From Octopus sinensis (taxonomy: Eukaryota): a stretch of 64,000 nucleotides of DNA. The notes beneath the pieces are model-generated. The model had not been told where the DNA came from and ran no database searches. It worked only from the letters and a program-made list of their open reading frames with translations. Location of the stretch: contig NC_043007.1 of the NCBI RefSeq assembly GCF_006345805.1, positions 23,932,001 to 23,996,000 on the forward strand. The letters are read 5' to 3'. Below are positions 11,325-24,693 of this stretch, in pieces (within the stretch, counting starts at the first letter, position 1; each line of letters opens with the position of its first letter). The position numbers were made by a program, and so were the translations under genes.

Positions 11325-11623
11325 GTTTTCCGTCTCGAGCCATGCCTGGCTCATAAGGGACGGTTTGCTGGTTTCCTTGGCGTATAGGCTCCCCACCTGG
11401 ACGGGACACCGGTCTGTCGCAGGTGAGCTGCAAGATGCAGGAGGAAAGAGTGAGAGAAAGTTGTGGCAAAAGAGTCAGCAGAAGTTTGCCATTACCTTCT
11501 GCCGGAGTGCGTGGAGCTTAAGTGTTTCGCTCATAAACACACACATCGCCCGGTCTGAGATTTGAACCTGCGATCCCTCGACTGCAAGTTCGCTGCTCTA
11601 ACCACTAGGCCATGTGCCTCCAC
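11325..11623 (-). mobile_element. Young tRNA-derived SINE with 12-bp TSD
   Basis: Minus-strand head GGAGGCACATGGCCTAGTGGTTAGAGCAG...GGTTCAAATCTC (A and B boxes). Flanked by CAATTTTACCTT at 11313-11324 and 11624-11635. Confidence 0.9.
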
Positions 11624-12794
11624 CAATTTTACCTTCCTCTGGCACTAAATCTACACATATTCAATTTCACCCTCTCTCTCTCTTCTGTTAGATCATCAAT
11701 CTTCTCAACTTCCATTACTACTTCTTTCATTACCCTGTCTCCCCTTCTGAATGTAGCTGTCCATTACTGTCTCTCTTCCATTATTCCGTTTCAACCATCA
11801 CGCTCATTCCTTTTCTTCTATTCACCTTCTCATTTACATTTGCCTTGAACAGATATAGCGTTGAGTAGACAGGACTCTTTTTGTCTTTTTAAGGAAAAAA
11901 CAAGCTCTCTTGTGCAGGTGTCATGATAAAATCACCCCAGCACACTGTAAAATAGTGGGAGTTAAGAAAAGCAATCTGGCTGTTGTAGTTATGCCCAAAG
12001 GAAATGTATGAACAAAACATCACTCCTTCTCCTCCTCCTGCTACCTTGACAGGGGGAGTAGTAACTCCAAAGATTAAGAACTAATTTAGCCCGTGATGAC
12101 CCATCTAACCCATGCCAGCATGGGAAACAGGCTGATCGTGATGATGATAAGATGATGACTGCTATAATGACAACAACAGCTATCAGCATCATCGTGATCA
12201 TCATCCTAGTTTTGCTCACTGAAATAAGCATGTATTCTGTAACCTTTTAAGATAAGGTCATTGATAAAAAAAAAAAAAAGAACTTAGAAGGCTTGAAAAC
12301 TGATGAGTTGCCATCTGGTATCAAATGCTGGTAATGGTTTTCCACTTATTCAAGTGAAGGAGTATGAATATCATTACCATCACCACCATTATCATCATCT
12401 TCATGTACATTGAGATATATAATACTTTTTTTAAATATTTTATTTGGAGAGGACTAGGCTTGGTAGCTTTAAGTTGGCTCACTTCTGTATTGTAGTAGGT
12501 TTTCGAAAAAAAAAAATTTGTGTCAGTTGACAGAGGTCAAAGTTCAATTGACCAGTCCTGTTCATAAGTTTATGCTAAATTTCTGAAGGCTAAAAAAGAG
12601 GACATTTATTACTAACACCTCTCATTATTTAGTTTTATGTTTATTTTATTGCAGTTACTAGTACATTTGTAGTAGCAGCAACAGTACCAGTTTGTAGTGA
12701 TTGTCATAGTAGTGCAGATAAATAATAATTCTTTTTTTCTACTATGTCCTATCTAGAGGGAACTTGGTATGACTCCTTCATTTGTTGAAGGTAT

Positions 12795-13378
12795 TACTCT
12801 TCAGTTTGTGCAATACCTTGGGCAAGTCTCTTCTACTATAGTCTTGGGTGAACCAATGCCTTGTGAGTGAATTTCGTAACTAGAAACTGTGTAGAAGCTA
12901 ATCAGATATATATTTTATATATATATATATATGTGTGTGTGTTTAGTTTTGTGCCTCCACCCACTACCTTGACAAACAGTGTTTTTTTTCTTCTTTTTTT
13001 CTATTTACCTGTTTCAGTCATTAGACTGTGGCCATGCTGGGACACCGCCTTGAAGAATTTTTAGTCGAATGTATTGACTCCAGTATCTTTTTTAGAGTCT
13101 GGTACTTATACTTTCAGTCTTTTTTGCCGAACTGCTAAGTTACGGGGATCTATGCACTGGTTGTCAAGCGGATGTGGTGGGAAAACAGATACGAAACGTG
13201 TAGACATATATATATGACAAGCTTCTTTCAGTTTCCATCTACCAAATCCATTCACAAGGTTTTGGTTGGCTCAAAGCAGTAGTAGAAGGCACTTGCCCAA
13301 GGTGCCATATAGCGGCACTGAACATGGGACCAAGTGGCTGGGAAGCAAGCTTCTTACCACACGTCCATGTCTGCGCAT

Positions 13379-13424
<46 letters not shown>

Positions 13425-13580
13425 CCTGTAGCTTAGTGGTTCAGCAAAAGAGTCTGATAGAATAAGTAGCAAACTTTAAAAATTAGTACAGAGGTAAATT
13501 TGTTCAACTAAACCAGTCAAGGCAATGCTCCAACATGGTCACAGCCCAATGACTGAAACAAGTAAAAGATAAAAGATAGA
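12795..13580. mobile_element. Cluster of family A SINE pieces in both orientations
   Basis: Plus-strand CORE-like CCTTGGGCAAGT at ~12817, a minus-strand copy at 13000-13375 and a plus-strand tail at 13430-13580. Confidence 0.75.
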
Positions 13581-14199
13581 ATAGCACCTCTCAGGTATTT
13601 AAGAAACAGAAAAATCCAAATTTTTAAAGTTTACCAATCATTTGTTGTGGCAAGAATTGCTAGATATTTCTGATTTTAATGGCCCTTGCAAACTTCTTCA
13701 ATAATTGCACTTTTCACATTTTCTTCACTATTTATAGACATAGTATATGTTCATTTAAATAACATTTATGTTATTTGCTTGTTTGTTTTTAGATTGGTAC
13801 ATGATCAAGGAATTGTAGCTCAGTCTTTTAAATTGATTGGTACTTGTTTCATTTACTCCAGTACATAACTGGTATTCATTGTACTGAAAGGTAAAGTTGA
13901 CGTCAATGTGTTTTGACTTCTGATTATAGAATGGCTAAAATTGAATTAAGCATTTAATTTGGCTTTGTACTATTTCTAACATTCTATTATCCTGGGTATT
14001 TATAAATTAATACTCAAAATTACTTTATAATGTTCAGCTCATTCTATTTGGTGCCCATAGTATTTACTCTCTCTCTCTCTCTCTCTCTCTCTCATTCACA
14101 CACACGCACACACACACACACACACACACATACATGCATACATACATACATACATTCTGAAACTATTCTACTACTAGGTCCCCCCTACACTTCTATTTA

Positions 14200-15200
14200 T
14201 TTCTTTTTATTTATACAGTATCATTATCGTCAAGTAACATCTGCTCTTTGCAGGTCGAATACCATGGATCCCTATCTTGATATCATACATCCAAGTAATT
14301 TTTTTTTTTTTTTACTTCCCATTCATTTTGCCTTCTATTAAGTCCCCATAAACCACTTTTTTTTTCTAGTTTGTGCAAAATATTTTACTTTTCTCTCTTT
14401 GATGGCATCAAATAAAATTCTCTTGGTTTTTAACCATTTTCAATATTTCCTCATTGGTTTTGCGTTTTGTCCATATTCTCAAAAATCTTTTATATGCCTG
14501 CATCCCAAAGACATTCAATTTATTAGACAGTAGTTTTGAAAATACCCATGTTTCAGCTCCTTATAGTAAAGTCAGCCATACATAACATTTTAAGTCTTTT
14601 GATACAAAACTGCTTGAGGCAGTTTTGTGACATAAGCTTCCTATTTTAAAGTGAACTAAATTAAAACCTTCATTCAACATTTTTTATTAACTTATGTTCT
14701 ATATTTCAGCCTAATTATGGCAATATTATTTTACTAAGTTCTTCATTCTTTTCAAAATTAATTGAAATAAAAACAGTGTATTTCAACAGAAATATGGTAG
14801 TAAAAGGATTAATGTCCTTTTTTTCTGGTTTTGATAACAATGTTTCTTAATATTAGCATGTTTGACAATTTTTTTTCTCAAATGACTTTCTAGCTCTCAC
14901 TGTCCTTTCGGTTTCTTCTGTTTGCCTTATAAACCCAGGTATATTATCTTTGATGTCTGTTTCCCTCAATTGTAATATTTATTTTTTAGTGGCTGTTGCT
15001 TCTTACTGATTATCACTGATTTTATTTTCTTTACATTCATTTTAGATTCCATTGTCATTTATTATGATTACACTCTTGGCTTGTCTTCTACTTCTTTGAA
15101 AATCTCAGTGTATAAGTTAAATAGAAAAGAGGATAATACCCAACCTTGATTAACTCCTTTTTAATCTTAAATTCTGAGGTTTTTCATGAAAGAACACCAT
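14200..15200 (-). mobile_element. Old, degraded LINE (RTE-like) reverse transcriptase remnant
   Basis: Minus strand reads QGWVLSSFLFNLYTEI (RT QGxxLSPxLFN motif, ~15100-15148) and L*GAETW (~14546-14567). Interrupted by a MITE at ~14588-14812. Confidence 0.65.
14588..14812. mobile_element. piggyBac-type MITE related to 40945-41164
   Basis: Similar in reverse orientation to 40945-41164; ends GGTAGTAAAAGGATTAA. Confidence 0.5.
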
Positions 15201-17594
15201 GTTCAAACATTGACTCTTCTTAATATTCTATTTCTCTCTTTCACCAAAACATACCTTTTCTCCCATAAGTAGATTTTTATCTAAAGAAATGGAAATGAAG
15301 ATCTCAAAAAGGATAGTCTCAATGAATAGGTATACTGTTTATTTATAATTATAGTTTGCTAGATATGTATACACAATTTTTGTAAATGGACAATCATGAA
15401 GGTATTGTATATAAGAGTTTAGCATATGAACTGCCTGCATATCCATCCTAATGTGTATGCCTGTTTATTCTATAGGGTAGATAGGTGGTTTGAATGACCC
15501 TACTTTTTGTTCTTCATTCTCTGTCAACAGCCTTTGGCTTTCATGTGTGTGTGTGTGAGTGGGGTGGGGGTGTATATTAAGTAATTACTTACATTCTGTA
15601 CATATTTTCAGTGTTGAAATATTTACATACAGACCTCCCCTCAAACATTTGTAACCACTTATGAATTAATGTCAAAACTGCATGCCATCATATAGCTTAA
15701 TAATAAAAAGAAAATGTCTATATATATATTAATTATACATATTTTTAATAATGTGTGTGCATATATTCATATATATATACTTAAGTATACACCAGCTCAC
15801 ATTTTAGCTTAAACAAATGTATATTTGTATGTGTGCATTTTATATTTACACACAAATAAATACCTAAACATTCTTGTTTTACTAATTAAATAAAACTTAC
15901 TTTTCATTAAAGATAAAAAGAAATATATGTCACAACTTAAAATCTAATAAATTTAATTGCGCCTACGTAATGTGTTTATGAATACCACCTCATACCTTAT
16001 GGACAAGAAGAATTTATGATCACATTTTGGCTTTTCATCAAAAACTCAAGATTTTAAATCAGATATTGACTTGTAGAATGCATATTTGCAATAACTCTTC
16101 TTTTTTATTCTCCACCCAAGATATTTTGTTCCTAATTTTAAACTCATAAGTACTTTAATTGGGTGTTACTTCCAATAGAATTTCTTTAAATTAACTTACT
16201 TTTTATTTATATATATATTGTTTATGAAATTTCAGAAATTTAAACTTTCAAATGTCATTATGAAGAAAATAGAAAAAAAAAGATTAAAAAAAAATACTTG
16301 CAGATTTTGGATGTGTGATTTAGAAAATATTTGCAAAAATGTGGATTTATTTTTAGCTTTTAATTTGTCAAACCGGGAAATTTGAAATTAAGTAGTGGAA
16401 GATGCTGATGTAAGACTCACACATACCAACAACAACAACATCCACTTGAATGCATTTCGACATATATTTATAGAATTCCTTAAATGTTTCTGTAATGATA
16501 ATGATCCATGACATCTGATAATCCCGCCCCTGTGTGACTTTATACATGTGTGTGTGTGTGTTTGAATACACGCACACACCACTCACACACATAGTAATGC
16601 TTGTAATTTTCCATGTCATAGGTGAATTTTCTGACCTTTTTCTGCTGAAATAGAAGGTATATAATGGAAGAAAGCATTTTTTGTTATCTTAAGAAATTAG
16701 AATGTCATGTCAGCTCCTGTCAAATTGTATGACAAGATGCTTAGGTAATGCTGTGATCATCTGTGAAATATATTCACATACTAAATTATAGATGTTTTAG
16801 CAACTGAGTTGTTTGCCTTACACTGGTACATAACAGTAAGTTTGGTGTAGGTTATATAAAGAAGGGGTACCTCTAGTCATAAAATAGTTCAGATTTCAGA
16901 CTTGAAGCAAAAACTAGAGTAAAATAGATGTTGAAACAGCTAAAGTGTAGCAACAGATAAAAACAACTTAAGAATAAGGACTTAAAAGGTGTTAATGGCC
17001 AGCTGTTCAAATATACAGCTTTTCTCTTGTAAATCATGTTAGGATATCAATGATCATATTAGCTGTGCTTTTTAAGGTCAAGACTGTAAATTCCACATGT
17101 ATTGTGTGTTGTACAGTAGATATTAAGTTCCTGACAAGATGAATCTACAAATTAATTGCTATCTTTATCTCTTTTATATCTAAAACTTACGTAAAAAAAA
17201 CAAAGAGAGAGAGAGAGAGAAAGAAAAGGGTGAGAGAAATCTATTTTGTTTTACTACTGAAGTAGAGGAGATGACCAAAACCATGTCTTTATTAAAATGG
17301 GTTGTGTAGTCCCTTACTGTTATCTACTTGTATGCCGCCCTTTGGTGTGAATATTCTGAAGTATTATCAGTGTACACTTAATTAATTATTCAGCACAAAT
17401 TGTTCTCATGTCTTGTCAAAGAGGCTTATTATTTTGTTTACTTTTAGTCTTATCTAAAATTCAGAATTGAGATGGTACCTGTACCAGTACATATGTTGAA
17501 CTGCTGAACCCATAGTCATAAATTGAAATTCTGACAATGTTGTTGCCTAGTGGTGTTAGGCAGATTAGATTATCCTACTTATCTCAGTTAACTC

Positions 17595-17925
17595 ATCATC
17601 ATCATCATCTGTTCATTTTCTATGCTGGCATGGATTGGATGGTTTGACATGTAGCTGACCAGCTGTCCAGACTCCAGTTGTCTGTTGTGGCATGGTTTCT
17701 ACTGCTAGATGCCTTTCCTAATGCCAACCACTTTGCAGAGAATGCTGGGTGCTTTTTACATGTTACTGGCATGGATGCATTTATGCAGCACTGGCATGAA
17801 TGCATTTTATGTTGCTCTGGCACCTGTAAAGGACCAGCCTGTATGTATGGATGGCAAGGGTTTTACTTAGCTTGATGCATCTTCTCAAGTACAACAAATC
17901 ACCACAACACCTGGTCCCTTGTCAT
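17595..17925 (-). mobile_element. RTE LINE 3' end (family C), diverged
   Basis: (CAT)n followed by CATGGATTGG..GATGCCTTTCCTAATGCCAACC..GGGTGCTTTTTACATG. Confidence 0.75.
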
Positions 17926-18069
17926 TTAAAAAACAAAAAAAAAAAGGAGCATTCATATACCTACTTCATTGATCATTCCAGAGGAAGAGCATCCAGGTAT
18001 AAAATATCTGTGCCATAAATTTATATCAATACATCAAATGCTACTAATTTAACTAACCTAGTGAGGTCG

Positions 18070-18250
18070 TTGCCACGTAAAAAGCACCCACTACACTCTC
18101 AGAGTGGTTGGCGTTAGGAAGGGCATCCAGCTGTAGAAACTCTGCCAGATCAAGATTGGAGCCTGGTGCAGCCATCTGGTTCACCAGACCCCAGTTGAAC
18201 CATCCAACCCATGCTAGCATGGAAAGCGGACGTTAAATGATGATGATAAG
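18070..18250 (+). mobile_element. RTE LINE 3' end (family C), short 5'-truncated copy
   Basis: CACGTAAAAAGCACCCACTACACTCTC...GGACGTTAAAT(GAT)n. Confidence 0.85.
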
Positions 18251-20589
18251 ATAGCATGAGCCAAAGCTGACATAAGAACTGATTAAAAATAAGATTCTTA
18301 ATTTCTAATTAACTTAAAATGTCAGTCTCACATTTATTTTTGATGAATTAATTGTAAAAATCTAGTTAACCACGATGACATTAATTTGGTTGCCATACAG
18401 CATATTTATTATTTTGTAGTTTATTCTATTTGTTATTTTTATCTATTACCCTTTCTTAGTAGTGAGCAAATAGGCAAGTAAGCCCTGAAAGACTGAAAAA
18501 AATTAAGGTATCATTCAAGTACTGGGGTTGATTTTATCAAGTAATACTGGTGCCTTATAGGCCTCTTCAAACAAGAGACTGTGGTTAAGATCCTGAATAA
18601 ATCTTGGTGCTGCTTGTACTTTAAGGGCGGGTGATGGTGTAAACTCCGACAGATCACAATATTCTTATGAACAAGAGCAAATTTAATTATCAAGTTTGAA
18701 AGACATTACAATAGAAGATTGCCATGTCATTCTATGATTAATGGGATATACATATGATGTCCGTCATTGTCTACAATGCAAGAAAATTATGTCCAGAATC
18801 TATGGAGTCTGATTGCAATAATTGACAATAATTGTTTCAAATTGAGTTTATAGGATGTCAATAATTTCATTTGCTATGAGGAGTGGAAGGTTTGATGCTT
18901 CAAGATATTGCTCTTTAATGAGTAGAAAAAGATAGTTGTTAGCCTGGCACTTGGTAGTAAGTGAAGATGCAATGAAGATATGGCAGAATGAAGGAGTGGG
19001 TCAAAGAGAAGCATTTATACTTAGTAACATTTCACAAACTCCTTTATGTGTCCTCTGTCTGTGTCCAAATTTCCCCTTGTTATCTTGACAGAGGATGAGA
19101 ATACAGAAAACAAAGTGTAGTAACTCTTTCAGTATAAAAGAAAGGGCAGTACGGGAGCTGTTGGAAGAAAAAAAAATAAAGAAAAAGAAACTTTCAGTAT
19201 TGTATCAGTGGTAATATTCAGTGGACATTGTGTGACCTCCATTGTTATTTCTTCATTTCTATTGTTTTACTAACACAATAGATAGTTCATTTCTGAGGCA
19301 TGATTAAGATCAGCTTTTAATTTGTGGCTATGAAACCCTTATTATGATCATCATAAATTACATCAAAAGAATACATTGTTGTCAGAAGTTTGGACTCCAG
19401 CTTAAACTTTTTCTTTTAAATCATCTTCTCTGCAAATATTTATAACATAAGTATTTTCATCATCATCATCATCATCATTTAACATCCTACCAGCATCGAG
19501 AGAGGACATTAAATGATGCTGATTATGATGCTTATGTCACTTCTTATAAGATGAACACCATATTATTTTCATTTTTCTTTTCTACAAATTCAATCTCTTA
19601 GTCATTTTTTTTGCTCATACAGATATATCTTACAATCTGCTGTGTGCTTAGAATTGAGCTATGTGACATTTCCACTGCAAACAGATCACTGTGCAAGGGT
19701 TAATGGTGTTTATATCACTTTCTATCATGTGAATATTTTTAACCCCATAAAATCAGTTGACATAAATTTACATGCACTGTACTTGCTTTGAATCATATGA
19801 CCAAAACATATGCAGCCCTGTCTGCTGTGGTTTTGTACCTGTTTGTGTACCAGTTGATATAAATATCTGCTATCATTCATGGAATCGATAATAGAGGCCA
19901 CCGTGCAAATTGCAAGGAACCTGATAGGTTTGTTAGACTCTTCATGAAAATATTTCCAACTCAGTTTGAGACTTGATTACCATAATATTATAAAAGCAGC
20001 AGTTTTGGCAGTTACACCACCATTTCCACTATGACTTCCTATCCAATTTGTACTCATTCAGCAAATTCTTCTGGTCCTTCATGGAATTTACAGTCGCATC
20101 CAGCTATACCAGTTTCGTTGAATTTATGGTCCTTGCATTGGTCTTCATGTCCAGCTACATCAGCTTCATGTTCATTGCCACATCCAGCTATGCTGACTTC
20201 GACACCAAGTTCATTGTGTCCATGCATGCCAACTTCATTAAATTTACACTCCACATCATGTTTGTCATCACATCCATCTGCACCAAGCACCCTTCTCTTC
20301 ACCATCACATGATGAATCCTCAATAGTTAGTTCTTTTTTAGGATTATTCAAACTCTGAAAGTGATTATTTACTCAGTAAATCAAGTGATTCCGATTTTGG
20401 CAGCAATGATGAGTATCTGTTACATCAAAGGAGCAGTAGGGCAGCAGTCCATGGCCAATAGAATGTAGTGTGGTAAGCAATAGACAATTTTTCGTGACGG
20501 TGCAGTTTTTTGGTACCCCTAATATAAAAACACAGTTTGTGATTGGAGGCTTTCCATGAATTCGTGAGGAGGAAATGTTTGAATACAAA

Positions 20590-20940
20590 CCCGACAAAAC
20601 AAATAAGTATGCTGTAAATCATCCTCAGAATACAAGGCCCAGACATAACACTGAATGGTTTTCAACTACAAGTGACAAAGTTTTCCTTGCATTGTTCATC
20701 TTCATGGATATAGTACAGAAACTGACTCTCGTTTCATATTGGAGTTGGGATCCCATAGCTGCAGTGCCTTTCTTTGCGGAGGTGATGCTGTAATGCCAAG
20801 ATTGTTACCGCCAGTGCAACCTAGTTGCCTGATGAAAATCTGTTGTCATGGGGTTAAACTCCCATTTATTACCAGCCTGTCATAATTATCAGTGATCTGT
20901 TTAGTTCAAAGAACACAAGGTGTATCTTGACAACTCTGTG
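20590..20940 (+). pseudogene. piggyBac (PGBD/DDE_Tnp_1_7) transposase remnant
   Basis: KTNKYA...WFSTTSDKVFLALFIFMDIVQKLTLVSYWSWDPIAAVPFFAEVM resembles the ETNxYA..W..T..F..L..MG..K..YWS..P..F..M block. Downstream DE and KEHKVYLDN motifs appear after deletions. Confidence 0.75.
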
Positions 20941-21221
20941 TTGACAACTTCATGGTAGTAATGACTTTTGAAGATATCATCAATGTTATTAATTACTTTT
21001 CTGCCATAGGGGGTGTGCTTCCTTCCTGTTGTTTTCCTAAGATAAAATCAGTACAAAAACATGCTACAAGTGGTCTCATTAAAGATAATTTTGAGTTGAT
21101 AAGTTCAAATTGATCACTGGATTTGTTTCTGTTTGTTTTTATGTGACTAATAATTTCTGATATTAAGATTGACTTTGCATTTCAATTTCAAGAGGTTGAT
21201 AAAAGAGGTCCCAGTTTAAGT

Positions 21222-21560
21222 GCAGGCATGACAGTGTGGTTAAGAAGCTCGCTTTGCAACCAAATGGTTTCAGGTTCAGTCTCACTGCCCAGCGTCATTA
21301 TAGCTCTGGGCTGACTAATGCCTCGTGAGTGAATTTGATAGATGAAAACTGTGTGGGAGCCTGTTGTGTGTGTGTGTGTGTTTCCACCCTTCCCCCATTG
21401 CTTGACAACTGATGTTGGTTTGCTTATGATACTGTGAGGTTATCAAGAGAGACAAACAGATTAAGTACCAGACTTTAAAAAAATAAGTACTAGGTTTGAT
21501 TTGTTTGAATAAACCTTTCAAGATGGTGCCACAGCCCAGTGACTAAAACAAGTGATAGAG
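21222..21560 (+). mobile_element. Family A CORE-type SINE, diverged
   Basis: GCAGGCATGACAGTGTGGTTAAGAAG..GGTTCAGTCTC head and GACTAAAACAAGT tail. Confidence 0.75.
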
Positions 21561-23657
21561 AACATATTTATATTGCATCATTTGATTTCATCCTACTCAA
21601 TTAGGGAAAATAGACTCCAAACATACTCAAAATAAACCATATTTAAATGCTCCAGCATGGCCACAGTCTCATGACTGAAACAAGTAAAAGAAAGAAGATA
21701 TCTGAAATAGCTGAGAGATTCATTATTTGGACTAGTTGCTTTTAGTTTGGTATTCCATTCTAAGTTCAAATCCCACCAGGGCTATACTTTGCATTTTGTC
21801 AGTTCATTGTATTGGATAAAGTTGGTTACTGCTCAGATTTGGTTCAGGATTTATATTTTCTTGACTGCATAGACTTATCCAAGTTTGTATTTATATGCTA
21901 AAGCTGTAAATGACAAAGATTGATGGATTGTCTCAGCAGAAAAAGGATTATAATAATAAAAAGAAGCATTTACAATTTGAGTAACAATGTTTTCTTAATT
22001 TTTTTTTTATATACTACATTAGAACTATTTGAATATTAGCAATGTCCTTGAAGAGCAGTCATTATTGCAGATTTGTTTAGCTTACAACATCATGAAAAAA
22101 ATACCAAAAAAAGAAAAAACATATTAAAATCATGTCGATGGGGAAATATTTCCATTTATTCTTCTTGACGTCATAACAGTTGTTTAATGATGCAATGAGT
22201 TAAGGTGTCCTGTGTTCCACTTGTTATACATATATCTACATGTAATTCCTTCATGCATTTATTTTTCCTTGCTAGCCATGGAAAGCTAGATGAATATATT
22301 ATTGAGGCACTGTTTTATAGTCAGAAACTTTTCCTGTGATCAACCCATACCTGTTTTTCAAGTAAAGGATCTCTTATTCAGTATGTCTTCAAATGTGCTA
22401 ACTTTGTGGTATATAATTTGTTGACAGAGGAAATGATAACAATACCACTGCTTGGAGCTCTGTAATTTTTGGAGAAATGCAGACTTGCCTGTACACACAC
22501 TCACACACACACAAATGCATACTATATGGTTTTGAAACATTTCTCTACATGCAGTTACATGAATGTTTCATTTTTATAACTGCAAAATTACTTTAAAATC
22601 AGTGTTTTCTACTTGCATAAACACGCTAATTAAATTTTTTGTGTAAAATCCATTTTCAAACATTTTAATTGCCATCTATTATTAGGCACAATGTTTACCA
22701 TTTATTTGTTCTTAGACTAGTTTTGAACACATGAATCTTTATTTCATAAAAATTCATTCTCAGAACATGTACCTTAGTATAGTAAATATGGCACCTGATG
22801 ACAAACGGAACATTTTGACAGTAATGAAAGTGGAACTGTATGAAAAGAATAAATTGGTTCATGTTTAAAAAAGGTTTTCAAGTTTAAATAATTCCAATAA
22901 AAAAAATATTAGGCAGATAATACATACATTAAATCCACTTTTATTATACTTGGAGTGCATATTTTGGAGCCGATATATTACAGATGTAATACATACATAT
23001 AAGAAAAAGGCTGTAATAAAATGTGCTTTTATGTTTATATTTTTCTTCATATTTTGTATGAGCGTTTGTCATGCAGTTTTGTACATTAGTGGAGCTGCTA
23101 TTTTTTATACATAAATTGGTGTCCTCATCTCAAATCAAAATGGTGTCTAATTTTAGATAAGCTGAACGTGGAAAATACAATGCCAGTGGGAGACTGCAAT
23201 CATGACCTTTGAAAATATTATTTGGCACATAACCTTTCAGCAACTGTGTCTCTGTATTTGTATATTGTTGATGGATTGACAGATTGGTTAAATCATATGA
23301 TAAAAGGCCTTGTGGTACTTGTGACAGTTTACTTTCTGAGTTCAAATCCTGCCAAGATTGACTTTGCATTTCCTCTTTATGTTGTCGGTAAAATGGATAC
23401 CAGTCAACTACTGGGATTGATATATTTGCTTGTTCCTTCCTACCAAAATTTCTGGTTTTTGTCTATGTGAGAAACCATCATCATCATTATCATTATTATC
23501 TACTATGATAATACTCTTGTGGTTTTCTCCATCGCAACATATGAATGAGAAAGGAAGGGGTGATAGATAAATAGGGAAGGAGTGATGGCAAACTGGTAGT
23601 GGGAGTGTTTCAATCCTGTGAGTATGTGTGTGTATATAAAAGGGAGGTATGTGAATA

Positions 23658-23696
<39 letters not shown>

Positions 23697-23799
23697 AATG
23701 GAAGTGAGATGGTGAAAATTCAATGCTGTCCATCTTCATGTTCTGAGTTCAAATTCTGCTGAGGTTGGCTTTAACCTCCCAACTGGCACAAAGCCACTC

Positions 23800-24035
23800 T
23801 GCTCAATACTACTCCCTCTTCCTGTCAAGGGGTCGTAGTACTGATGCTGGTGTCATGTAAAAGACATCCAGTAAACTGGTTGGCATGAGGAAGGGCATCC
23901 AGCCTTCGAAACTTTACCAAAGCAGACAGTGGAACTTGGCATAGCCCTCTGACTTGCTACCTCCTATCAAATTGTCCAATCCATGCCAGCATGGAAAATG
24001 GATGTTAAATGATGTTGATGATGATGGTGGTGGTG
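23800..24035 (+). mobile_element. RTE LINE 3' end (family C), diverged
   Basis: GGTTGGCATGAGGAAGGGCATCCAG...GCATGGAAAATGGATGTTAAATGATG. Confidence 0.7.
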
Positions 24036-24185
24036 ATATATCTGTAAACAATACATGATACTTTTTATAAAATATTAGTTTTAGAAAGAATTCCTATGCT
24101 ATTCTTCTATTATTGGACTGAGGTCATGCTAGGGCATCATGTTCAATTTTCATTTTTTTTTTGTTTCAATTACAGTAGTACCTCA

Positions 24186-24367
24186 TACCATTCTATATTT
24201 AAGAGATGAGGAATTATGTACATTATTTACATTCGACGGATATTTGTCCTCATCTTGTTTGTCGTTAACACATCATTTTGGCTGATATACCCTCCAGCCT
24301 TCTTCAGATGTCTTGGGGAAATTTCAAACCTGGGTTCTCGTTCCTAGGGTATTTTTCGATGTTGTTG

Positions 24368-24416
<49 letters not shown>

Positions 24417-24629
24417 CATTGTTATTATTATTATTATTATTATTATTGTTGTTGTTCAGGTCATTGCTTGGAATCGAACTTGAAATCTTGAGGTTAGTAG
24501 CTTGTGCTCTTAACCACCACGCCACATGTGGTTAAGAAGTGGTGGAGAAGGCTTGAGGGTATATCACCAAAATGTTGTGTTAACAACAAACAAGATGAGA
24601 ACAAATGTCCGTCAAATGTAAATAATGTA
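24186..24629 (-). mobile_element. tRNA-headed element with hammerhead-like motif and inverted terminal duplication (candidate Penelope-dependent SINE/retrozyme)
   Basis: TSD GTAGTACCTCA (24175-24185, 24630-24640). ~85-bp inverted arms 24219-24303 and 24546-24629. Minus-strand A box TGGCGTGGTGG, B box AGTTCGATTCC, (AAT)n, then CTGAAGA-A-GGCTG-loop-CAGCC-AAAATGAT-GTGTT. Confidence 0.75.
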
Positions 24630-24693
24630 GTAGTACCTCAGTTTTCAAACAAATTTGATCACAAATAAATCGTGCTTTAGATATATATATATA

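Noticed and set aside
18560-18962. Possible upstream exon ending at GTAAGT (~18957)
   Set aside because: No sustained ORF or clear acceptor; cannot be supported without transcripts.
24462-24528. tRNA gene
   Set aside because: The acceptor and anticodon stems do not pair properly; it is a repeat head rather than a functional tRNA.
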